DNA from: Octopus vulgaris
Taxonomy: Eukaryota
DNA length: 64,000 bases
Assembly (NCBI GenBank): GCA_951406725.2
Contig: OX597843.1
Span: forward strand, 8,122,001 to 8,186,000
Direction of reading: 5' to 3'
This document shows positions 1 to 14,474 of this stretch, in pieces; position 1 is the first letter of the stretch; the number at the start of each line of letters is the position of its first letter. The notes beneath the pieces are model-generated. The model was given only the letters and a program-made list of their open reading frames with translations. It was not told the origin of the DNA and ran no database searches. Made by a program: the position numbers and the translations under genes.

Positions 1-717
1 GCACACTGCCTCATGAAGGACACTGCCAGCTCTCATTGCAAACGCAACTGTGTGCTGCCATCTGTTGGCGAGCTACAAAACTTGTTCTGGAACTTTTTGA
101 TACTACCTCGTACGCTGGAAAGTACATGTAACCAAAAGTTAGGATGTCGTAGATGGCACCGTTCTCCACTCCTAGATGGGGTAGAAAGGGCTCCTTAGCC
201 GTAGTGAAGGCAATCTATCTAGGGAGATAACCTTACAATAACCTTAGGACCCAAAACCATGGAGCTTAGAAATACTGGGTTGACGTCCAGCGGGAACAGC
301 TTTGTTTCATGGAGGAGGAAAGATCTTCTTTAGTACTTGGTTGTACAATGCTTTCCAATGTGTGTAGTAGTGGTGCGCGGACACACTATTAGCCATTTGA
401 AAAGACTATGAAAGTCTCGACCACGGTCGAACAATGATGATGACTCATAGATTCAGTGCGGTTACACAACGGGTTATCTATTCTTCCCTTTCTTCTGCCT
501 TGTGTATATATGTGTACGGATGTGCGTACAAGAATGTATGTCTGTGTAAATAAGGTAGGGCATGGCCTTCACCAATCTCCACGCATCGAGCTTTTCTGTC
601 TTTAGCGTACACCATCCTGCTACTTAGCACTCTGTCAACCAATATATCCCGTGAGGAGATTTATGTTGTGGAAAAGTTGCATAACGGGGATATATACTAC
701 GCAAATTTCATAGTCAT

Positions 718-1206
718 TCTCTTTTACTCTTTTACTTGTTTCAGTCATTTGACTGCGGCCATGCTGGAGCACCGCCTTTTTTTAGTCGAGCAAATCGACC
801 CCGGGACTTATTCTTTTTTGTAAGCCCAGTACTTATTCTATCGGTCTCTTTTTGCCGAACCGCTAAGTGACGGGAACGTAAACACACCAGCATCGGTTGT
901 CAAGCAATGCTAGGGGGACAAACACAGACACACAAACATATACACACACATACATACATATATATATATATATACGACAGGCTTCTTTCAGTTTCCGGAA
1001 CCATGTGGTAAATAAGCAAGCTACTTACCACACAGCCACTCCTGCGCCTAGTCATCGTAATTTTTGTTGCATAACTTATTCTTTAAAAGCCCAGTACTTA
1101 TTCTATCGGTCTCTTTTTGCTGAACCGCTAAGTGACGGGGACGTAAACACACCAGCATCGGTTGTCAAGCGACGGTGGGGGGACAAACACAGACACACAA
1201 ACATAT

Positions 1207-1279
<73 letters not shown>

Positions 1280-1448
1280 TATATACGACGGGCTTCTTTC
1301 AGTTTCCGTCTACCAAATTCACTCACAAGTCATTGGTCTGCCCGGGGCTATAGCAGAAGACACTTGCCCAAGATGCCACGCAGTGGGACTGAACCCGGAA
1401 TTAAGTGGCTGGTAAGCAAGCTACTTACCGCACAGCCACTCCTGTGCC
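718..1448 (-). mobile_element. Two tandem copies of tRNA-derived SINE family A
   Basis: Head GGCGCAGGAGTGGCTGTGTGGT.. with A/B-box-like motifs, an internal (TA)n/(TG)n and a GTAAAAGA tail. TAGTCAT occurs at 711-717, 1049-1055 and 1449-1455. Confidence 0.9.
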
Positions 1449-1772
1449 TAGTCATCGTAATTTTTGTTGAAAACACTGACGAGTTGTGTTTATAAGGTAA
1501 TGTAATATCACCCAATGATTGTGTAATATTTTCAGTTGATTTACTGAAACACGTATGTTTTGTAAAGCATAAAATATCACTTAGTCTAGTACTTATTTCG
1601 TTGTTCTCTCTTTGCCAAACTGTGAGTTTACCTGGACGTAAACAAACCAACACCTGTTGTCAAGCACTTAGGGTACAAACTCAAAACCATTCATACATAC
1701 ATACACACAATGATGGCTACGACCACAACTGCTACTGCTACTGCTGCCACTACTACTACTACTACTACTACA

Positions 1773-1837
<65 letters not shown>

Positions 1838-2065
1838 AGCAGACATATCTAATAAAACTACCATCGCCACCATGACTACCTCCACTATCAATGGTCGATG
1901 CTACAAGAAAAATCACAAACTACTACCGCCATAACCATAATATCTATTGCTGCAAGCACCAGCAATACTACCGCCTACACAATCACAAATACTAGCAATA
2001 CAAGCTACTACCGTCGTTGCAACCACCAATACTAGAATCTCCAGCTAAACGACTACCATTTCACA

Positions 2066-2128
<63 letters not shown>

Positions 2129-2906
2129 CAGCACAACCGTCATTACTACCTGCAGTTACAACCACCACAACAAGCACCAACTCTATAACCACAGCCAATC
2201 ACACCACCACCACCACAAGCACCATCACTACTAGCACTGCAACCGCTACAGACACCACTACCACTATCACCAATACAACCACCACCACCACCACCACAAC
2301 AACAACAACTAACAGCAGCAGCAGCAGCACTACCACCAACACAACAACAACAACAATTATTAGCACCACTACCACCACAATAATCATCACTACTACCACC
2401 GCAACTGCGACAGCGATAACCACCGCCGCCACAACAACAACTAACTCCAAAACTATCACAACCTGTCACTACTAGCACTACAACCACTACAGGTACCACC
2501 ACCAACACCACCTTCACCTCCACCATCGTCATTGTCACCACCAACCAACTACAACCTCCACAGCTGCTAAACTCACCACCACGACCACCGGTACAATAAC
2601 CACTACTACCATCGCAACCACTACATTCACAAACAACATTACCACCACTAACACCACCTCCACCACCACCACAACCATCGCCACCACCACCACCACTACC
2701 ATTACAATCACCATAAATACTACCACCACAACCATCACATTCACCACCAACACCACCACCACAACCATCACCACCACCACCGCTGTCGCCGCCACCATTA
2801 ATCCTCGCCGCCCCCACCGACACCCGCCAACACTGCCTACCCCCGCCACAACCCCGTCCCTAATCACTATTCATCGACAGCTAGGACAATACCGTTTTAA
2901 TCCTGT

Positions 2907-2935
2907 ACCGGAAGTCGAAACGCCGCCTGGTGGCG
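2907..2935. promoter_or_regulatory. Adjacent ETS-type and CTCF-like motifs
   Basis: ACCGGAAGT at 2907-2915; minus-strand CGCCACCAGGCGGCG at 2921-2935 is one mismatch from CCACCAGGGGGCG. Motif match only. Confidence 0.4.
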
Positions 2936-2984
2936 TTATTTAACATTACCTTTCTCTTCGTTCTCGTTTTTCAACACATTTGTA

Positions 2985-3069
<85 letters not shown>

Positions 3070-3099
3070 TATATATAAATTTATAAATAAGGATATATT

Positions 3100-3147
<48 letters not shown>

Positions 3148-3310
3148 ATATATATATATATATAAGTGTCTATGTGTACGCGTGAGAGTGTGTATGTGTG
3201 TGTGTGTATGTATATATACTGTATATATATATATATGCACATGCAGATGTGTGTATATATATATATATATATATACATATACGTACATATACATATATAT
3301 ATATGAGTGT

Positions 3311-3349
<39 letters not shown>

Positions 3350-3465
3350 ACATATATATATATATTTATATATATATATATGTATATATATTTTTGTATG
3401 TATGTGTGTGCATTAAACACACACACATTCACATACACACAATCACTCATACACCCCCACACACA

Positions 3466-3523
<58 letters not shown>

Positions 3524-3865
3524 CCCACATACAAAAATGCATATATCATTCGGCACGTTCTTCCGCTCTCTTCCGCCATTCACTTCACTCCGCTCACTCA
3601 CTCACTCGTCCCTCCCTCTTCACACTCTCTGCCCCCCTCCACCATCCCTCCCACCACCTCTCTCACCATCCTTCTCTCTTTCTTCATTACCTCCCCCATT
3701 CCCCTCCCCCCCTCTCTCTCTCAGTTTTACCCCTTGCTGTGTCACACTGAAGCTTTTTTCCCCGTCATTGCAGCCATTTTAATTCAGTGGATATGAAGCT
3801 ATCGTGACACCTTTTGTTACTCAATTCCCCCGTTCCATGTTCGCTGACTTTTACACTGTTTATAC

Positions 3866-3921
<56 letters not shown>

Positions 3922-3987
3922 TTCTATCTAATATAATCTATCTATCTGTCCATCTGTCTGTCTATATATCTAATATAATCTCTCTCT

Positions 3988-4023
<36 letters not shown>

Positions 4024-4050
4024 CTATCTGTCTGTCTGTCTGTCTGTCTA

Positions 4051-4138
<88 letters not shown>

Positions 4139-4190
4139 TCTATTTATCTATCTATCTAATATAATTTATCTATCTGCCTATCTATCTAAT

Positions 4191-4287
<97 letters not shown>

Positions 4288-4364
4288 GTCTGTCTGTCTG
4301 TCTGTATATCTATCTATCTATCAATCTATCAATCTATTTATCCATCGATGTGTCACAATCTCTT

Positions 4365-4407
<43 letters not shown>

Positions 4408-4506
4408 TATATACATATATATACATATATATCTTCAGATAACTATCTTTTATACTTTCACATATACTCAAATACACACACACACACACATCTAACTTTG
4501 TTCTGT

Positions 4507-4560
<54 letters not shown>

Positions 4561-4851
4561 GGGGGGAGGGAGTTACAATAAAACTAATAGACTAGTGATT
4601 GTTTGTACCAGCATGAATTGTAATTTAAATAAAGACGGACGAGTTGCGTGTGTATGTGTATGAGTGTATATTGCACGTGGTGTGTCTGTAAATACACACA
4701 CACACACACATACATACATACATATATACGCACAGACGCAAACACACACATAACTATATCTATGTGTGTGTGTGTGTCTGTATATGTATACATAAATGGA
4801 AAGGTCAATAGGTAGATTGTAACATGGAGAGAGATACACACAGATAGACTG

Positions 4852-4898
<47 letters not shown>

Positions 4899-4988
4899 TA
4901 CCGGAGTAAACACATAAATGTGAAACAAGGTGGAAAAAAAAGAGTACTCAAATACCAGTGGTAGAGTAATATACTTTATTTAAAGCAG

Positions 4989-5022
4989 CTGATGAACGGC
5001 AACGAGAAACTCAGAGTAACAG
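4989..5022 (+). ncRNA. Minimal hammerhead ribozyme (family A), 5' strand of stem I lost
   Basis: CTGATGA ACG-gcaa-CGA GAAA CTC-a-GAG TA ACAG. Confidence 0.75.
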
Positions 5023-5054
5023 ATTTTATTGAATTTTCTGCTGCTTTAAATAAA

Positions 5055-5105
<51 letters not shown>

Positions 5106-5207
5106 GGAATAAACACATAAATGTGAAACAAGGTGGAAAAAAGACTACTCAAATACCAGTGGTAGAGTAATATGCTTTATTTAAAGCAGCAGAAAATTCA
5201 ACAAAAT

Positions 5208-5245
5208 CTGTTACTCTGAGTTTCACGTTCCCGTTCATCAGACAG
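5208..5245 (-). ncRNA. Minimal type I hammerhead ribozyme (family A), canonical core
   Basis: Minus strand reads CTGT CTGATGA ACG-ggaa-CGT GAAA CTC-a-GAG TA ACAG; all three stems pair. Confidence 0.9.
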
Positions 5246-5349
5246 TTTTTGCTAGAATGGAACCGATATATCAATTATATATATACATACGTTTGTGTGT
5301 ATGTATGTTTATTTATATGCTTTTATTAAAGCTGTAAAATTATCACAAA

Positions 5350-5389
5350 ACTGTTACTCAGAGTTTCGGATTGCCGTTCGTCGGATAGT
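5350..5389 (-). ncRNA. Diverged hammerhead motif (family A, CCGACGA core)
   Basis: Minus strand reads ACTAT CCGACGA ACGG-caat-CC GAAA CTC-t-GAG TA ACAGT. Confidence 0.65.
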
Positions 5390-5496
5390 TGTGAAGAAAG
5401 GTTGTTACTCTCGCTTTGGTATTGGAGTACAATTTTCTCCGCCTAGCTTTGTACCTATGTGTTCATCCGTGTAAATGTGTGTATACATACATGCAC

Positions 5497-5583
<87 letters not shown>

Positions 5584-5638
5584 CAGATAGATAGACAGAT
5601 AGACAGACAGATAGACAGACAGATTGATAGACAGATAG

Positions 5639-5682
<44 letters not shown>

Positions 5683-5702
5683 GACAGATAGACAGACAGA
5701 TT

Positions 5703-5803
<101 letters not shown>

Positions 5804-6529
5804 AGGAGAGAGAGAAGTATACAAATAAGCAAATAAATTGCCAGAGAGATAAACAGACGCAAATTAAAAGTTTCAACATACGTTTAGAGGTGCAATAAGT
5901 TGACCCATCATCAGCATGGAAACCCGTGATGAACGGTGGTTTTGAGCCTGAAAATATAAACTTTCTTGCATGCAATCCTACCTAGGTTAACTTTCTACTA
6001 TCAGCACCATTCTTATATTTCAACGCACACCATCTAGATGATTTCTAGAGGATTTCTCAAAAGATTCCAGTTTATTGTTGATGACTCTTCCGCTCGCTAC
6101 TTTAATACCCAGCGTTCCGTAGGCCTTGCCGCGTGTACGACCAGACATCCTCCATTGGAAAACCGCTCGTTGTCCATCCGTTCTTGAGACAGTCCTCTGC
6201 CAATTACTAATGTCCAGACGTTTCTTTATAATTTTGCTCTTTTTAATGTTAAACACCAAACGTGTTAAATACGTTTGTATAATGTTTACTAAAGTGTATT
6301 ATATATACATATATAATAATTATTTCATGGGCTCCTCGTGAGCGTTTGTCGAAAAGCTTGTTGTGCATTTTGTTGGAGAATTAAGTTCCTGGATTTTCCT
6401 GAAGAGAAAGCTGCAAAATGGACTCCTTATTCAATCCGAATTAGGGACTTTGCAACCTTCGAAACATATGTAGAAAATAATATAAAGGAATTTTGTTAAA
6501 TCTTCGTTCAGCTCCATTTTTTCCTACAC

Positions 6530-6596
<67 letters not shown>

Positions 6597-6629
6597 GGAG
6601 TTTAACGCAGGTATAATTCAAATATTTTT

Positions 6630-6717
6630 ACTTCCGACACATGTTTCAAAGATATCACTCATACTATTCCAAAGAAATAAATAATGTAAAACAATGTAAT
6701 TTTCTCTTCGGGGAAGT
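6630..6717 (-). ncRNA. Type I hammerhead motif with long stem II insert
   Basis: Minus strand reads ACTTCC CCGAAGA GAAAAT...ATCTTT GAAA CATGTG TC GGAAGT, with a 6-bp stem I. About 35 nt of tail follow, then (TA)n. Confidence 0.75.
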
Positions 6718-7070
6718 GAAGAAATGAAATTCGTCAATAAGGCATGTTAACAGAAAATGATGGATATGTATAGTGAAAAGGGGAAAACACTCATCTATTT
6801 ATTTATTTATTTATTTATATATATAGACATAAAAAATATGAACGAAGGGAAATAACTCAAATCTTACAGTGGCAATATTTTGATTTTAAAAGACGTTTCG
6901 AATCTCTTTAGTGAATGTTGAATGGGAAAATCTGAAGCTGATTTGAATTTCCGCTTTATTTAAAACTAACTTAAATGTTGAACTCTGTGCGGCTTTTAAG
7001 CTAACTCCTAGGACCCAAAACCAAGGAGATGTAAGGAACATGACTGTAATACGTCTAGAATGACTAAATG

Positions 7071-7480
7071 GGCGCAGGAGTGGCTGTGTGATAAGTAGCT
7101 TGCTTACCAACGACATGGTTCCGGGTTCAGTCCCACTGCGTGGCACCTTGGGCAAGTGTCTTCTACTATAGCCTCGGGCCGACCAAAGCCTTGTGAGTGG
7201 ATTTGGTAGATGGAAACTGAAAGAAGCCCGTCGTATATATGTATATATATATATTATGCGTGTGTGTGTTTGTGTGCCTGTGTTTGTCCCCCTAGCATTG
7301 CTTGACAACCGATGCTGGTGTGTTTATGTCCCCGTTACTTAGCGGTTCGGCAAAAGAAATCGATAGAATAAGTACTGGGCTTGCAAGAGAATAAGTCCCG
7401 GTGTCGATTTGCTCGATTAAAAGGCGGTGCTCCAGCATGGCCGCAGTCAAATGACTGAAACAAGTAAAAGAGGAAGAGTA
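7071..7480 (+). mobile_element. SINE family A, full length
   Basis: A box TGGCTGTGTGA, B-box-like GGTTCAGTCCC, internal microsatellite, GTAAAAGAG tail; more than 12 related copies in the window. Confidence 0.9.
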
Positions 7481-8094
7481 TATGCTTCCGGTGGTGCTTC
7501 ATCAGAGGTTAAGGACGGATGAGAATTCATTCCGTAATGCAATCATTCTATCGTTCCAGTCTTGAGTTGAATTCCATCTGTTGGCCAATTCGTCCCAAAG
7601 TTCTCATCTTCTTTTTTCCAGCCTTTAATCCTCCAAAGCGGAGTATAGGCCACTTATAATTGAATTCCATGTCGCATAATATTTCGCTTCTGTACTTATA
7701 CTCTGCCATGAATGTCCCCCTTTCTCTAGTTCCTTTTGTGTTGATCTACGCCACGAGTTCTTAGGCCTACCTCTCCTTCTATATCCAACCGGTTTCCACT
7801 TTAAAGCACTTTTCGCTACATTTACAAACCAGTAGAGATAAAGAAAGCTAGCTCATCAGATCACAAAAACTACGCGGTTACAAAAATCGTTTAATACATC
7901 GATCCGATCCTCTGAATTTCAGCTGCATAAACCGTTGCATTATCTTCTTCCGTTTAGTATGACTATGTGGTCTGGTAGCCGGGCCTGCAAGTTGAGCTTT
8001 CCGTGCTTGCCACATGATTCTAGGAATCCGTATATTGTATTACAAATATGTGCATACACACACATATATATATATATATATAGGTATACACATG

Positions 8095-8455
<361 letters not shown>

Positions 8456-8968
8456 GCATATATAGGTATCTATATACATATACATAAATGAATACACAAG
8501 CAAATAGATGTAGAAGGGTACCCTCATATTTGGGTGTTTACATATTTATAGACATGTGTGCGTATATGAAAATATATATATATAAAGATATATATGTGTG
8601 TGTTTGAATGTGTGTATATATGTATGTATATATGTATGTATGCATGTATGTATGTATGTATGTATGTATGTATGTATGTATGTATGTATGTATGTATGTA
8701 TGTATGTATGTATATATGTATGTATATATGTATGTATGGATGGATGGATGGATGGATAGACGGATGTACGTATGTATGTTTGTATGTATGTATGTACGCA
8801 TGTATGTATATATGTATGTATTATGTATGTATGTATGTATGTATGTTTGTATGTATGTATACGCACGTATAACTCTCCATAGAGTGAAGAGGAGTTAGAC
8901 AGAAATATACAGTGAAAAAAGAACGGAGAAACGTAGACTGAAATGAAAAAAAAAATGAAAAGAAAAGA

Positions 8969-8999
<31 letters not shown>

Positions 9000-9475
9000 T
9001 GAAAGTTTAAGAAATTGTCCAAGTTCAAAATGTCAAGTCTAATTAAACCGTCTGTATTTTAAAAGTGCATTAAGTATTTAACAAAAAAGTATTTAATAAA
9101 AGAAAAACATTTATTTATTCAAATATAATGTCTTTGTATGAAAGAATTATAAAGAATGGTAAGAAAAAATATTCTTTCGCACTCCAGCGTTTTCTTGTGT
9201 ACATTCTGGAGTTGAAGAACATAAAAAAAAAGAGAGAGAATTGAATCAAAGCAAAACAGCCAAAATGGCGATCGTCTGCGGATTTGTCTTAGCGGAAAAA
9301 AAATTTTTTTTGTCTTCCATTTTGTTTTTCGTAATTTTTTCGTTTTTTTTTAATTGTATTTTTGTTTATTGTTTTTTTTTGTTTATCTATATGAAATTTT
9401 TTTTTTTCTCAATGTTGTGCGTGTCATTAGGATCTGCCACCATTGCTACCCCTCTCCCTTTCACTCGCTGAGCCT

Positions 9476-9510
<35 letters not shown>

Positions 9511-9674
9511 TTTTTTTCATGCATTCTCTATATATCTTCGTCTGCGTTTGTGTGTGTGTGCGTGCGTGTGTGTATTTGTGGATGCATATATATATATATA
9601 TATATATATACACATTCTTATGCACGTACGTATATATGTGTGCGTGTGTGAATGTATGCATACACAAACGCACA

Positions 9675-9790
<116 letters not shown>

Positions 9791-10031
9791 TATGAGTCTA
9801 TATACGTATATAAAGATCTATCAATCAGTAACTCTATCTATATACATATCTATCTCTCTATGTATCTATCTATCTACACCTACATACATATATGTATATA
9901 AATATATATATATTATTGGCATACATACTTATGTAGATACATAAATACATATAAGTTTCTAAGTACGTATGTATGTATATGTGTGTATATTTATATATAT
10001 CTACATAAAATTGTATATATGTATATATGAA

Positions 10032-10087
<56 letters not shown>

Positions 10088-10619
10088 TATATATGTGTGT
10101 GTGCGTGTGTGTGTGTGTCTATGTATAATGTAAACGGATCTAACCAAATTAATATCTATGTATATATATTTGTGTGCGTATATTCGTGTGTAACTATGTG
10201 GTTTCTTGTATATATATCTAAATGGTACAATTGAATGAGTATCCATCTAAATGCCATCTTCTTAGTTATATCCGTTTAGCATACGCGTTCGAATCCCACC
10301 TAGCCACATTCCCGATCGCATATTTTTCAGATCGATAAAAAAATCGATTAATGATTACATTTCGCAGCATTATCTTTAGGAAATTTAATATTATCATTAT
10401 TTTGTTAGTACCATCATCCTCTGATCTTCGAGTAAGTCTTAATTCTTAAGTTTTCTTTACTTGGAAGCAAGTAATAACAAATTACTAATACTGGGGCTTT
10501 CTCCTCTGTTGTTTAGGATGACGTATTTCTTCTTCCTCTTCTTCTCCTTCTTCTTCCCCTTCTTCTTCTTCTTCTTCAACTTCTTCTTCTTCGCAGCGTT
10601 ACTCACTTTTGCCAGTTGA

Positions 10620-10747
10620 GTGGACTTGAGCAACGGGACAGGAAGTGTTTTGCTCAAGAACACAACGCGTCGCCCGGTCCAGGAATCGAAACCACAATCT
10701 TACGATCATGATGCTGACACCCTAACCACTAAGCCACACGCCTCCAC
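10620..10747 (-). mobile_element. tRNA-derived SINE head
   Basis: Minus strand reads GTGGAGGCGTGTGGCTTAGTGGTTAGGG...GTTTCGATTCC (A and B boxes). Confidence 0.75.
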
Positions 10748-10748
10748 T

Positions 10749-10837
<89 letters not shown>

Positions 10838-11379
10838 CACACGCGCGTATACTGATATATATATTTAAAGGATACCTGTATACACACATACATACACATG
10901 ACACACAAATATATGCGTAGACATGTATGCATACATATATAAATGCATACGCATGCCTATGAACACACATACGCACGCATACATGCACATATGACTCACA
11001 CACGTACATACACATACATTGACAAACATAGATATGTTCACTCACACCTACATACATATACACAGAGACATACATACACATCTCTCTCTCTATATATATA
11101 CATATATAAATGTATGCGCATATATATATGCACACATACGTACACAAATAATGACAAAATCACAATTCACATACGCAGGTAAACATATATACACATATAC
11201 ACCCCCATATATATATATATATATATATACGTGCACATACACGTGCACACTCACATACACGCGCGTATATATAAGACATGGCGTCTCTTTTTCCAAACCG
11301 GAAGTACTCTACCTGACTAGAATGAAAATGATTCAATGAGGAGCAAATCTGGTGGTGGGGTTGGGGTGGCGGGGTTGAA

Positions 11380-13245
11380 AGAAGTGGTGTTAGTGGTGAT
11401 GGTGGTGGTGGTGGTGGTGATGGTGACGGTGGAGAGGTTGTTTCTGTTGTTGGTGGTGGCGGTGGTAGTGGTCGTCGTCGTCGTCGTCGTGATGGTGGTG
11501 GTGGTGGTGGTTGTTGTGGTAGTGGTGGTGGTGGCGGTTGTGGTGGTGGTGGTAGTGGTGGTTGTGGTGGTGGTGGTGGTTGTGGTGGTGTTGTTGTTGT
11601 GGTGGTTGTTGGTTGTTGTGGTAGTGGTGGTGGTGGTGGTTGTGGTGGTGGTGGTAGTGGTGGTTGTGGTGGTAGTGGTGGTGGTGGTGGTGGTGATGGT
11701 AGTGGTCGTCGTCGTCGTCGTCGTGATGGTGGTGGTGGTGGTGATGGTGATGGTGGAGAGGTTGTTTCTGTTGTTGGTGGTGGCGGTGTTAATGGTGGTG
11801 GTGGTGGTCGTCGTCGCCGTCGTCGTGATGGTGGTGGTGGTGGTGGTGGTGGTAGTGGTGGTGGTGGCGGTTGTGGTGGTGGTGGTAGTAGTGGTGGTTG
11901 TGGTGGTGGTGGTGGTTATGGTGGTGGTGGTAGTGGTGGTGGTCGTCGTCGTCGTGGTGATGGTGGTGGTAGTGGTGGTGGTGGTGGTGATGGTGATGGT
12001 GGAGAGGTTGTTTCTGTTGTTGATGGTGGTGGTGTTTATGGTGGGGGTGGTAGAGGTCGTCGTCATCCTCATGGTGATGGTTGTGGTGGTCGTAGTGGTG
12101 GTGGTGGTAGTGGTGCTAGTTGTACTGGTGTTAGCGGTTGCAGTTCAGGTGGTAGACGTAGCAGTGGCAGTGGTGTTGCTGGTACAGTTCATTGCAGTGA
12201 TGGTAGTATTGGTGGTTGTGGCAGTGGTAGTTAGAGCGGCAGTACCGGCTCTGTCAGTGGTGGTTTTACAAATAGCAGTAAAAGTAGAGGCGGTTGTAGT
12301 AGTGGTGGCTGAGGGGTTCTTGTTATTGTTTATCTTGATAGTAGAGGTAATGGTGGTGGCTGTAGTATTGGTGAAGGTAGAGGTGATGGTTCTAAACGTT
12401 GCGGTATGGGTGGTAGTTCACGTATTGTGATGATGGTGGTGGAGGGGGTATGGTGATGGTAGTGGTGATGGTGATGGTAGTGGGAGTAGTTGTTGCTGTG
12501 ATGGTGGTGTTGGTATTGGTGGTGGTTGTTATGGTGGTGGTGGTGACAATGGTTCGGGTGTTAGTGGTGATGGTGGTGATGGCGGCGGTCTCAGCAAAGA
12601 CGTCGATGGTTGTTTTGAAGATGGTGGTGCTTGTGATGGTGGTGAACGTTGTAGTGATGGTAGTGGTGTTGGCGGCAATAGTTGTGATGATTGTGGTGGC
12701 AGTTGCCCCGTTGGTGGTGGTGGTGGTGGTGATAATGGTGGTAGTAGTATTAGTGGGGACGGTGGTGATGGTAGTGGGGGTGATGATAGTGTTCATGATG
12801 GTGGTGGCGGTGGAGGTAGTGGTGATTGTGGCCGTGGAGGTGGTGGTGGTGGTGGTGGTTGTGTTGGTGGTTGTGTTGGTGGTGGTGGTGGTGGTGGTTG
12901 TGTTGGTGGTTGTGTGGTGGTGGTGGTGGTGGTGGTGGTGATGGTGATGGTTGTGATGGTAGTGGTGTTGATGATAGTGTTCATGATGGTGGTGGCGGTG
13001 GAGGTAGTGGTGATGGTGGCCGTGGTGGTGGGGATAATAGTATTAGTGGTGGTGGTGGTGGTGGTGGTGGTTGTGTTGGTGATTGTGTTGGTGGTTGTGT
13101 TGGTGGTGGTGGTGGTGATGGTGGTGATGGTAACGGCGGGGGTAATGGTGATGACGGGGATGGGGCTTCTAGCGATGGTGGTGGCTGCGGTGATAGTGGA
13201 GTTGGTGGTATTGGTGGTTGTGGTGGTTGTGGTGGTAGTAGTACG
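11380..13245. repeat. (GGT)n-rich compound microsatellite with internal duplications
   Basis: GGTGGAGAGGTTGTTTCTGTTGTTG three times; GATGATAGTGTTCATGATGG twice. Confidence 0.9.
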
Positions 13246-13550
13246 GCGATTGTGATCATTCTGACAATAGTGATGGTTAATTTCGTGATGGTGTTTTACA
13301 GGAGTGGTGGCGCAGCGCTATGGCGGCGGTGGCGCAGCGCTATGGGGGCGGCGGTGGTGGCGCGGCTGTCGTTGGCGAATGTTGTATGCAGTATTGTTTT
13401 CTGTCAGCGGGTATATAACGGGGGAGCAAAGAATAAAAGGGTGGAATGCGTGGGGGTGATGCGGGTGGAATTGCTGTGCCGGGGTGGAGGGTATGAGAGA
13501 TCAAATACTAGGAGTGGGAGTGAATTCGTATGAAGGGGGAAACTGTGAGG

Positions 13551-13593
13551 TGGGGCGAGATATAAAGCGCCATTTTGTTAAATTATGACGTCA
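13551..13593. promoter_or_regulatory. Motif cluster: GC-box-like, TATAAA, YY1-type, palindromic CRE
   Basis: TGGGGCG-AGA-TATAAA-G-CGCCATTTTG-..-TGACGTCA within 43 bp. Motif match only. Confidence 0.4.
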
Positions 13594-13865
13594 GCACATT
13601 CAATGATGCCAGCCACTTTCATACTTGCATATATTTATGCATGCATGAATGCACACGCACGAGATTAACGCATATGCATGTGTGTGTGTGTGTGTGTGTA
13701 AATGTGTGTAGGTGTGTATATTTGTGTCTGTGTTTGTGCATGATATATATATATATAGGCATGTATATGTTTATGTATACATATATACGTACATACATAT
13801 GTATATTTATATATATTTGTATATACATAAGTGTGTGTATATATATATAAGTATATACATATATA

Positions 13866-13909
<44 letters not shown>

Positions 13910-13936
13910 CTATATATCTATCTATCTATCTATCTA

Positions 13937-13990
<54 letters not shown>

Positions 13991-13996
13991 ATGTGC

Positions 13997-14027
<31 letters not shown>

Positions 14028-14112
14028 CTCATACAGGCACATAAGCATTTATGGATGTATATATAGATATACCTTTATAACGTATATTTTTTATTCGTTT
14101 GTAGATACATAT

Positions 14113-14281
14113 GTCCCCGTAACTTAGCCGCTCCCGTAACTTAGCGGTTCGGCAAATGAGATCGATAGAATAAGTACTAGGCTTACAAAGAATAAGTCCT
14201 GGGGTCGATTTGCTCGACTAAAAAGGTGTTGCTCCAGCATGGCCACAGTCAAAAGACTGAAACAAGTAAACGAGTAAAGAG
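14113..14281 (+). mobile_element. SINE family A 3' module
   Basis: Matches the 3' half of 7071-7480 and has a small internal duplication, CCCGTAACTTAGC. Confidence 0.85.
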
Positions 14282-14474
14282 TATGTATATATATATACAT
14301 ATGTGTCTGTGTGTGTTTGCTCAAATATTTTGCATATATTACATAAACGTGAGGGTTAGCATATACGTGCTTGCACGTGTGTGCATGTGTGAGTGTGTTA
14401 AGCTGAAATGACTTAGCATTATAAGATTCACATCTTAACAAATCTCACGCCAAGAAAGGACCACATATTTTATA

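Noticed and set aside
1-330. Possible LINE 5' region with CTCF-like CCAACAGATGGCA; also weak RTE-like peptide similarity at 6110-6230
   Set aside because: The resemblance is too weak to call without a database search.
7480-7510. Minus-strand CTGATGA; similar partial cores at 15785, 23386 and 60995
   Set aside because: No properly placed stem II, GAAA and UH.
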